A DNA stretch of 61,734 nt, counting the filler, from Sphacelaria rigidula (taxonomy: Eukaryota): assembly GCA_964200075.2 (NCBI GenBank). It is 7 parts of 7 records of this genome, joined end to end, with 100 filler letters (N's around TTAATTAATTAA, not from the genome) between each part and the next. Parts side by side here need not be neighbours in the genome. Positions count along the whole stretch, not along the records: positions 44,171 to 52,902 come from CAXNAA020010243.1; positions 53,003 to 61,734 come from CAXNAA020010244.1; 5 more parts are not named here. One strand, written 5' to 3'. Shown here piece by piece: positions 51,281 to 61,734 of the stretch. The notes beneath the pieces are model-generated. The model did no database searches, had not been told where the DNA came from, and worked only from the letters and a program-made list of their open reading frames with translations. The position numbers were made by a program, and so were the translations under genes. Numbering within the stretch: position 1 is the stretch's first letter; each line of letters begins with the position of its first letter.

Positions 51281-52835
51281 CAATGACCAATTCCGTAAGC
51301 GTAGCAGTTAATGTGTTTTTTTCAAAATGTATAAGTTTATTCTGTTTTGTCAGATCCGTATTCGCAATTGTTTTCTCTTCGTTTAATTCAAATGCACAGA
51401 TACTGTGGTAATCTTAAGAAGACCGAATAAACCTTTTTCGGAAGAGAATATGATCAAACGCATATATTTGCATGAGCATGGGGGTGGAGACTACAGAAGA
51501 AGACAAAACTGCTGTTTTAACCTTTGTTCTTGATAGTGGGCTCTGATCATATAGCTCACAAGCTACAGTCAGTACAGTACAGTAATCCCGTCTGAGTGTA
51601 CGGAGATTCAATATAAAGAAGTTAAGAAAAAGATGGTGCAAGCTGATGTTGTTGATGATCCTCTAATAATTTCTAAGAATGTCACGACGGCTTAAAATGG
51701 GGGCATCTATGGTGACTTCCCTTTCTCCCTGATTTCGTATCGTCTTGAGCCTGTTTCGTGCACGAGAAGAAATATATGTCAAATGACTGTGTTTTCGTTC
51801 GGTAGAACTGAACGGAAAATGCGGCCCAAATAAAAGCGGTTCATATATCGAATTTCCGCACCAACATCCGGAGACGAACCGCGATCCGCTGCTGCCCCAC
51901 CGAAACTCTGCACCTTCAGTCTCCACGCCCCCTCGCTCACATTTCAAAGGGGCTTCCGCTTCCCACTCAAGTCACCCTCGCGCGCGGCTTAGTCCTACCC
52001 CTCGGCAAGCAATGGATTCCATATGTACCTCCTCCAACGGACACGGCAAGTTGGAGCTAAATCTTGCAAAGGATTCGACCTCTACGGTATCTGATGATAC
52101 TGGTCGGAAGGACGGGCATGCCGCGCAGGCGCCGGCATTCGACGCCGCTGTAGGGACAACTCGTGAGTACATCGGTATATACGATCAGTACGCTTAGGTG
52201 TTATCTTTGATAACGGGCTGGGATCTGGAAAAACCCGCAGGCGTGTAAGTGAAGGACTAGTGTGTCCTGGGCTGCTGTATGTAAGTTAAGTTGGTTGTAC
52301 CGTGCGCTGCCTCGAAGATTGGTCAGTATTCGATTTAGGACATGTTGTTGAACTTTCACCAGGGAGTGTGCTGTTGTGATGCTTGAGATTTTGTGTACGG
52401 CAATCTCTGCACGCTAGGATGAGCATGAGCACAAGAATGGGTGTACGCCGTAGCTTCAAGTCATCTCTGTGCACACCAGGACAGGCGCATACATTTGTAG
52501 GGTGTTCGTCAGTCAAAAGACTCAGTTCGTGATCGTAAGTTCGATGTTGTGCTTACCGTCGTCATATTCGCATTTCCTCATGACCATTAGTCTACTTTAC
52601 AGATAAGAGCACAGTCTCGATTTATTCCTTCCTCAATGGGATAGTATTACGGATATCCTCTCGACAAGTCATGGTCATCTAACGTCCCGGAGCAGCTGAC
52701 TTGAATTGTACCGCACTGGCTATACATAGCAGGTATACAACGCTTGATCATCACCATGCTTTCTTAGACGGCACTCATTGATTCGTTGTCTATACCTGCA
52801 AGCTCTTTCCAACATAGTTGTCATGTACTAGCCCT

Positions 52836-52902
52836 GGTCGCCCCGGTGGCTCAGTTGGTAACCTCGTAACCTTCTGATGGTTGAGTTGGGGGGTTCGATT
52901 CC
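52836..52902 (+). mobile_element. tRNA-derived SINE head, truncated by the contig end
   Basis: A and B boxes present; near identical to the head of 19703-19904. Confidence 0.8.
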
Positions 52903-53501
52903 NNNNNNNNNNNNNNNNNNNNNNNNNNNNNNNNNNNNNNNNNNNNTTAATTAATTAANNNNNNNNNNNNNNNNNNNNNNNNNNNNNNNNNNNNNNNNNN
53001 NNTTTGAGCGCGGCCTACGCTTTCTCCCTAAATCTACTGAGGCTAGCATTTTCAAGTAGTAGTGAAGAACGGTACTCCAGAAACACTCAGAAAAAAGGGC
53101 GACTACGATTTCTGAAAACTTCTGACGCTGACTACTATACAATCGATATCTTACGAGCAAGAGGCACTAAATGCCCTAAATCTGGATAACGCGTCTCAGT
53201 TTCTGAGAGCTGTGCGATGAAATTTCGTATGGAGAACCTCTAGCGCATCATGAAAAAAAAAAAAATCGAATAAAAAAACGTTTGTTTTATACAATTTTTC
53301 TCGTGCTTTCAAGGGAGTTTTGAGCATTGCTGTTGGGGATAATCTCGATTTTTCAGCTCATTTTAGATTTGAAACTTAGCATGGAGAACCACAGAGGAAT
53401 GCTAAACAAAAGAAGGGCGCAATGTCTCTTTTGAGGGGTGGGAGAGGTTCGGGCGTTCTCATGAAAAAATGGTCGTTACCACCAGAGTTTTTGACATATG
53501 T

Positions 53502-53700
53502 ACATAGGTACTGCACTTGTTTCTGTTCCGATTGTCCCACATTAAAATATGTATAAAAATAATGATAAAATAAGTCGTCTGTGACCCACAGACGGTGCAA
53601 AGGTTATATATACAAAATATATCCATATGTAGTGCACTTGTTTCTGTTCCGATCGTGTCTCATACTAAAATATACATGAAAACAATCCCAACTGGACCGT
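53502..53700 (+). repeat. Imperfect direct repeat, about 122-bp period (TGCACTTGTTTCTGTTCCGAT core x2)
   Basis: Read directly from the sequence. Confidence 0.8.
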
Positions 53701-55396
53701 CTGTGTATCACAAGCGATAACGAATATCCCAGCGAGTGCACTACCTATGTATACATGTCATAACCTTTGGTTTTACCACACCAAGAAACCTTAAACCAGT
53801 GAAAAAAAATGAATACCAAACTGACCCATTTTTCTTGGTTTATCATGACCTAGCGAGGTCTCGCACAAAATTCCAATACACAAACACCACACGTGGCCCG
53901 GTAAGCTGCCTGCAAAATACTGTTCCGAATTTCCACCGGCCCGGTTTTCAAAAGATCCAATCGCAATTCACTACCTAGAGTTGGATCCTGAAATTTGGTG
54001 TGGACAGTTAACAGGGTAAAGTGAGGAAAAACTCATGCATGGATCCGAAGAGTTTTTTCGAGTTGAAGGCAAAATGATCAGTTTTGAGGTCTCAGTAAAA
54101 ATCTTTGAGCCCATGCATAATGCTTTTTTTCATGCCCTATTGATTGTCCATACCAATTTTCAGTGTCCAACTCCAAGTATTGAATTGCGCAATGGCCTGC
54201 AAACTCCAGATCCGCTACTAGGCTGGCCCAGCTCGTACCATTTTCTTGTCTCAAAACTTTGGTCTCGGTTGCTATTTATCGCACGCAAGACAGTTATCAC
54301 CTCAACTGCGTACCTGTTTGAAGTGTTCACTCATTGTGTATATCAGCGTTCTCTTCAATTTTTCAAGTCCGCACAACACTGCGCAAGTGTGCGATGAGGT
54401 TGTGGCTGTGTCACGATTGTGGCTGTTACAGGAATGCAAGCATGCACGTGAAGACTGTTTAGAATAGAGGGTAGTACACAGGTTAGCGCCGGCTGTGTCG
54501 CACACCCTGCAATAGGTTGACTCTTGCGAGATTCTTTCATATAAAAAATTCTAGACATGCAAAAAGAGGGCGAAACAGGAGAGGAGGGAGGGAAATGGGG
54601 ACTTATTTATCTGCAACGCCCTACAGTGTTTCGAGACTTGACAAACGTTTTCAGCAGAGTTCAGAGTACTGAAGCTGCATACAGCTCAACTATTACATAT
54701 CACCTCGTGTTATGTATCCTTTGTGCACGCGAAAACTAGCTCGCGTGGAAAAATGCACCACTCAGAGCACACGGTCTGCGCTCGCGTACGAAGACTTGAC
54801 TATTAAACAACAAACACCAATTACAGTTCAGCGTACAGGTCGCGTGCCTGTCGAGCGACAATTCCCTTCGAAAGTAATTTAAAAACCAGCAAACGATAAG
54901 GCTAGGAGAACACAGTCGTACGAGCTAAACGCGAAACGTGAAACGTAGCATCAGGTGAAAACACCGCTTCACAAGCGAGAAAACCACATCCCCGAAGAAT
55001 AATCACACCTGTTGATAAGTACTACACAGAGCCACCCGCGACAGTTTCAACATTTTCACAGCAAACAACGTATGAATCAACACTTCTTCATGGACAGAGG
55101 TGTCGAGCAAATGGCAGGACATACAAGCGGCAAACGCAACAACCCGGTTAGCTAGGCAGAGATATATCACTGATCTCAAGTGTTGTCAGCCCCAGGAAAC
55201 GCCAAAAGAGTACAAGTACGTTAAACGCCAATCCAGCGTCGACAGTTCTCCCATATTGTGCTGACCATCGCTCACAACACGCCACCAACACCGAAGCTCA
55301 TGTCAACGGCACTCGTGCGCACAGTTGTTCGTTTTCCCGCTTGTATAGTACGGGAAATGCGCGTGTGATGCGCGCGTCCCCCTATTATAACGTGGA

Positions 55397-58300
55397 CTAT
55401 ATGAAGGACCCTGCCGCCATTTGAGCTCTCAGAGCACTGATCTCCTGCTCCTTCTTGCGCAGCTCCGCGTCGCGATGTCTTAGCTGTTGCTTCAACATAA
55501 TGATCTCGTCCTGTCAAACGCGAGACAAAACAAACATGTTGCGGGACGTGCACAAACCGCCAGACTATTTACAAGAGCTCTACAAGATGCTCAGCTGAAC
55601 AGACCACCTGGTACATCATACTGGACACGCCCGCTAGTCTTGAGACAGCATGACTGGATACGCTGAAATCATCATGCCTTATCCATATTGAGGTGGTAAC
55701 CATCCATTTAATCCTCGAACGAGCCACTAAACTATAATTTTGGGAGAAGACCTTGCACCCCGAGGAGTGACTGACACTTGGTCAACGTCGCTGCTCCAAC
55801 ACAAGTCTCTACTACAAGAAAGATGATTCGGAGACACGAATTAGTCCATGGATCTGCAGCAACACCCGTGCATCCGCATGAGGCTGGCTGCAACAACGGT
55901 GGGACCAATCACAGGCTACCTTCCTGCCTCTGAAACATGTACATCACGCACGAACGCATGCTTCTACACGCCGATCCTCTAGACATCGCCACCATCACAT
56001 GGAACTCCGCACAATCATCACCTGCGACGCATCCATCGCCCTCGGCAGATCCGCCTCGCCCAGCAACTCCGCGGCCGCTTGACGCACCCTTAAGCTAGAA
56101 CGAGAAGCCGTGCACATCAACAACGCTCCCACCACCAGCTTCAAGTGCCCTTTAACTTCCTCGCCCTCCGACACCCCGCCGTCCCCGACAGGCACATCGT
56201 GCCCTTCTGCCAACCTCGCCCACTCATCGTCTCTCAGGACTCCGAAACCGGCACTGCTGAGTCTGCTGGATCGATCCTCGCTTCCGACTGCGGGCGAGCA
56301 TGGGGAATGGTTTTGATTGCTTTCTCCGGAGCTATACCGTTGGCGCGATTCTGCGTGTTCTTGTGCCTGCTTATCGGCGACCAGCTTGCGGAACTTGGTG
56401 GTCAAGAGACCCGGCGGCATCCGTAGCTCGCCCAGCGCAGCTAGCACGCAGGTACACCTTGTTTTTTGGTGGGGAGGATAAGAGATAAAAGGCTGTCATC
56501 TGGATCATCCGTGCCGTTGGTTCGGATATTCAGTGTGCGTGGGAGAGCCCATGTATGCCGCCTTGCACGCAAATACTTGCAAGGCCGGCAGAATGGTGTG
56601 ACCAAGCTATGGTTTTGTCGAGAGCGTGACGAAGTATGCCATAGCGAGCGTACTCAACTCTTGCGCCCGCGGGTAGGGTGGACTACAGTATTCCGGGCGC
56701 GCATCTACAAGGGACAAAACGTCTCTGGACGAGCTTGTACCCGATGCTGCAGGAAGTGCACAGCCCTGTCATAATGTTGTACCAATCGTGCTTGTTCGAC
56801 AGGATCAGTGTCCTCCAAACAGTAACAGCAACAACAATGGATCATGACGGTCACAAGTGATGAGACGGCGAATCGCAAAACCCATAACAAACAGCAAAAC
56901 AGTATCACCTGTCCCCGGTAGCTTCGACCGCCTTTTCTAGACCACCGCCCTCGGCATTAGCATCTTCCGTCTCTCGAAAGCGCCGTGCAGTGGGCCACGA
57001 ACATCGCAGTAGCTGCCAGCACGCTCGTCGCCTTACCAAACACACCAACGCAGCCAGACGGGCGGTAGTAACTCGTAAATAAACTAGAGCGATGCGTCAA
57101 AACAACGCAGGTGGTGGTAGGCCAGAACACAAAACCGAGCAACGAGTCTTGACTTGTGAGATTTTCTTGTTGGTTTGGCGCACACGGAGGCTTGAAACGT
57201 TTCTCGCAGGAGTAATTCCCGCTTCCCCCCCCCCCCACGCCGACTTTTTGGTGCAAAATACGGATTTCTTGTGCCTGTTTTCGAGTCAGACGTTGATTTC
57301 TAACAGCCCAGGCGACGCTCAGGCATGACACAACACTTCGGAAAATATGGGGTTATCTCAGTTATTCCCAACAAAAAAAAAAATTCTCAACAGGTGATGA
57401 GATACACCCACTAAACTTTCGCCAAAAGGGGACTACACTGAATATTGGCTAGGGGATGCCCAGTTAATCGGTACAGGGCTGCCACGTCACCCGTCATGTT
57501 CGACGGTACGCACCAAGTAGGAGTGTCATCACAGTGGTGTTGCTTCCCCTTGCTTCCCCCTTATCCAGTAAGTGTATCCGGGCTTGCGACCGGAAGCTGT
57601 GGCAGATAACATCAAAATACTCAAGTGTACACCACACGACGAGCATCTAGCTTCATTAAAGAGAGCGTACATCGACGGCGCAGAGTAATTGTGCGCCGCG
57701 CGAGGCAGCTGCAATGCCCCGCATGCAGTATATACAGCAAAGTACAGTACAACACCACAGCAGTGGAAGTACGTAGCAATGTCCAGTCAGACTACTTGTT
57801 GACCGTTTTGATCTTGGTCGTCAAGCGCGCCATCTTCGTTACTTCCTGCTGTACTGCATTTTCTTCACGCACTTTTTTCAGTCTGCAGTAACTCGCGTGT
57901 GAAAGCTCGCCCAATTTCGCTGGAATGGGCAGCTAGCGCAACAGAAGTAACGACGCGTATAGCACACTGCGGCAAGGCTCCAGCTCCTTCGACCGAGGAG
58001 AACTCGTATCGATGGCTGCTAGGCCCTTGGATACTACACGTCAACGTACACCACACCACTGCAGCATCACAGCAGAGTGCGCAGTATGGTTCAGCCATGC
58101 ACGTTGCCCTTTTGGATCTTTGTCGTCACAAATACGTCACGTTCGCTACTTTTTGCTGCCCGGATCCCGTCCTGGATCCCGAGTGCCGCAAGCTCGTCGT
58201 TTTCGTTACTGTTCGCTGGTCCGTAGTTATGTGTGTGTGAAAGTCGACGCCTGAGGCTCAGGACCACTGCTACGTCGCGTGCCCAACTTGCCCATAAACA

Positions 58301-60668
58301 GACAAAAGGGACATTCATAGAAAAGGGAGCAGACAAAAGGGGGTATTCATATAAAGGCGACGGACATAGACGGGTAGGAGACAGATAAAAAAGGGCATCG
58401 CACAATAATAGTGGAGACGAGGAGGTACACCCCCGGCTCCAACCGGGGAAAAGGGGTACATCGCCACCTCAAGCGGGAGCTTGCCTTCATACTCGCCAGG
58501 CCTGGCTTGGTGTTGAGATTTTTATCGAAAATACCATATTTGGAGAAGCCGTGAGGGTCCAGGGAAAACGTAGGACGACAAACTCCAATATGTAGCCATC
58601 GGGACCGACGTCTCGAGGCGTCTCGTTCACTGTACCTTGAATTTCGGTGGGACGCACCCATTTTGTCCGTTGCCTTTTTCGATACCCTAGGCGGTGCCCA
58701 GGCTTTCGCGTATATTTTCTGGATGAAAGTTATCACAACTGCGGTGTGATGGAACATAACAGAACATGCAAAACGCTGCCCCCCTCCTCCCTTCGTGAAG
58801 CCGATCTGGAGATTCTCGGGTGTGGCTGCTGAAAAATCTCGCTACATGTCCCCTTGTTGCAAGAAACCTAGCGAGAGATGGTACTGCAAGTTATGGCCCA
58901 TGCAAATGATCATTCCCCCATTTGTATACCGACAGCAGCAACGCATTGCGCTAGAGACAGAAAATGGGCTAGTGTATATCACATGATACACAGGCGTTAT
59001 CTCTTGAGAGGGTCAGTGGAAAATGTGTCGGGGTTCACTCATCGGAGTGGGGGTCTTGACACGACACACACCATTTTGACAGCACCCCCGACGTCGGACC
59101 ACGCGCACAAGAAAAAACAGGCAATCTTTGTTCGTCCGGGGTTGAACATACGACGAAAAAGATTGTCCATCCCACGACGTATAGACCAGGCGTCATTGAC
59201 GACCGTACTACATGGGGAACCCCCTCACTAGAGTATAACTGCTTTTCACCTAAGCGGCAGCCCCAACTGTGCCCAATCTCCAGCTTCGGCTCTTCCTCCG
59301 CGGCACATGCCGCACAACTCGTTCACCGCCAGTCTGAAAGCATCGGGGATGCAATCGAATTCGGCGGTGGAAGCGGCGCTCGCATCCACACCAGACGGTA
59401 TGACGACGGCTTGGAAACACGAAGGGCGCGCCATCGCGCCCAACGCATCGATGAGAGTACGGGTTGCATCCTGAAGAGCATCATGGGCGGTTGTAATTGA
59501 TGGATGGGCTTCGGGATACTGTGATCAACGCGGGTGATCAAGCGGGCAGTCGGTTGTTGCATTGTCATGGGGATACGTGGACGGGGATTTAAGACTCTGC
59601 CGTAGCCGGGTACCAATTGGAAGAGTGAACACATGCACGTAGCGTATGATTTCACTTCAACAAGCTCGTTCTCGCTGTGCTACTTCGAGCGATGGTTACA
59701 AGTCAATTGGTGGAATGTGTACGCCAGGGACGCATGCATCAACACGATCGTCTAGAAAGACGTGTACCAGGATCCATGATATACTGCAACCCGGCAAGAG
59801 GATTCGATGTGAGACATCGGCTCCACCAAGAGCAACCAGAGTATCAACAAAACAAATTATGAGAGGTTCATCGGGGAACCAACAAAAAAGGATCATCACG
59901 GACTACGCCCGCATATCACACCTTGGCACTCTCCGATTCCCGCGCCACCTCGGGAAGCACGTCGTGACACACGGCCGCCGCCACAAACGACAAGGCCTCA
60001 CACAGTAACCGCGGAACCTTCCCGCTCCCGTCAACCCCCACTTCCGGGGAAGAAGAATTATGAATCGCCATTCGATCCAACCTGTAACACTCCGCGACGG
60101 CCCCTAACGCCGATATAGCAGCCCTGAGCGCTTCCGTGTGAGCGCCCGAACAGCTTGTGCCGGTACTGTTCACAACGGGGGGGATGTTGGCAGAAAGGGA
60201 GGGCAATCCGTCCGAGAGTAGGGACAGCAGCAGCCGCGTTGTCTCCAGGTAGCTACGGCAGCGGTGGTGGCGGGCAACAAAAAAGGAGGGAAGAGGGGAA
60301 ACAGCAGGGTGAGGGTGGGGCAGGAAAGGAGCACGCATAGAGTGGCGACAATCGCGTCTCTACAACGATATCCGCCCGATTGCCTGCAATTTTTCATTCT
60401 TTTCATCGTGGGAAAAATAAGAACGGAAAAAAATATCCAGGCGACCACCATCCCCATATTTGTCTGTTCTTCACGTTTCTTACAAAAAAAACTGCGTTCG
60501 TTCCGCCTTCGCGCCTTCGCAGGGATTTGAATCTGATACATTTCTCTCTTCAACGGCGTACGAACTAGTGTTGATAAGTTGATGCCTCGCCCCTGCAGAG
60601 CTCATGGGTGGGGGTTTCTGCCCATTCAGTGCGGTCTCAAGCAGCTGAGCGCAACCTGCTTCCACTGC
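55397..60668 (-). CDS. 3' part of a multi-exon gene: Leu/Ala-rich helical (ARM/HEAT-like) protein with a C-terminal coiled coil. Exons 60668-60562, 60252-59922, 59470-59250, about 58019-57873, 57083-56909, 56457-56022, 55510-55397
   Basis: Every junction is GT-AG with matching phases (2,0,2,1,2,0) and the exons are stop-free. Last exon reads DEIIMLKQQLRHRDAELRKKEQEISALRAQMAAGSFI*. An extra exon near 58770-58870 is possible. Confidence 0.8.
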
Positions 60669-61734
60669 CTTGTTTGTTATACTCTTGTCTTGTCTTGCCT
60701 TGTCTTGTTTTTGCACGACCTCCCTATCCCTTTTTGGAAGCCATGTGGCGGGACTTGCCGTTTCTTGCCCATCTTTCTTCTGTCGCTTTCACGCTATGAA
60801 TGGTGTGAGTGTGGTTCCCTTCTCTTCCCCATCTCTCTCTCGACTTCACTTAGCCAGTGTTCCGTTCATTTACCCTACGTACGTCCATCTCGTGACCACA
60901 GCTAGGTTCATCGCGAATTGGCTCATGCGCGACAACAAATCAATCAATCCAGCAGGTCATCAAATCACTTCTGAGTTATTCACCATGCCATCTGCCACCT
61001 CGTTGTTGGTATAGAGAGAAAAGCAGAAAAAAATGTTACCGTTTTTTTTGTTATTCGAAAATAGGTTTCACGTGCTTTTGTGGAGTAACAACGACGTTGT
61101 CAGATTTTGTTGTGCCGCCACCTTAAAAACAAGCAGATGAAGAGGTGTGCGTTGAAACGCCGATGACATATAGCTTCATTCGACATATATTCCCACGGGC
61201 AGAGTACCACCCCACCCGAGACAACCATCAAAGCGTCCCTTACGATACAAGTAATATCTGTCATTACAGAATCGTCGAAAGCGTCAGGCCGTGAGTAGCA
61301 AAAGTACTATAGTAGGTTTGCCCAAGTTTGTTAAACGACAGACGACGCGGTGCGAGAGTGCTGATCATGATCTAATCCGCGACAAAAACAAATGTACAAC
61401 ATGTAGTGGAGGAGAGATGGGTTGACTCCTGGAGATCATTAGATGGCGGAGATCACGGACTCTTCCCGAGAAAGGGGAGGGATTGACAAGTGTGGGGAAA
61501 AGAAAAGAAGTATGTATGCCGATGAGGCCCCTTCGCTCGCAAACGCGCAAGTGCAGTAGGTTTTCCGTCGCCGCTAGGCGGGTTCTTATCGCAAGTGATC
61601 ATCATTTTGAAAAAATCACTGTTGAAAATGATTCCCCCAGCAACGAACCAGTTAATGGTGAGGCACCCATGAGGCAGTGTATAAGCTGTGGCTGTCTCGG
61701 GAAGTGGCGATACCAAAAAATAAAGCAACTCATT

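Noticed and set aside
52840-52902. Functional tRNA gene
   Set aside because: The arms are irregular, and the sister copy at 19703-19904 lacks an acceptor stem and continues into a SINE body.

Overview
This is eukaryotic, transposon-rich DNA, most likely from a brown alga (Phaeophyceae); the taxon is inferred from intron style, a WSC-domain exon and the repeat families. The window is not one locus. It is seven unrelated contigs (8735, 8734, 8734, 8734, 8733, 8732, 8732 bp, sorted by size) joined by 100-bp N44-TTAATTAATTAA-N44 linkers. Mobile content: decayed RTE-like LINEs of two families (one nested in the other), a Ty3/gypsy remnant, hAT- and Harbinger-like MITEs, and tRNA-derived SINEs. Gene content: a splice-consistent multi-exon gene in contig 7, two exons of a Cys-rich protein, a WSC exon, and a decayed PHD-like gene. 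The most interesting signal is a short retroposed element seen about 10 times in six contigs. It carries a small stem-loop, ends in ATGAGTAC plus a C-run, and sits inside poly(C)/poly(G) tracts, suggesting a non-LTR retrotransposon that targets or is tailed by poly(C). No intact novel multi-gene system could be supported from the sequence alone.
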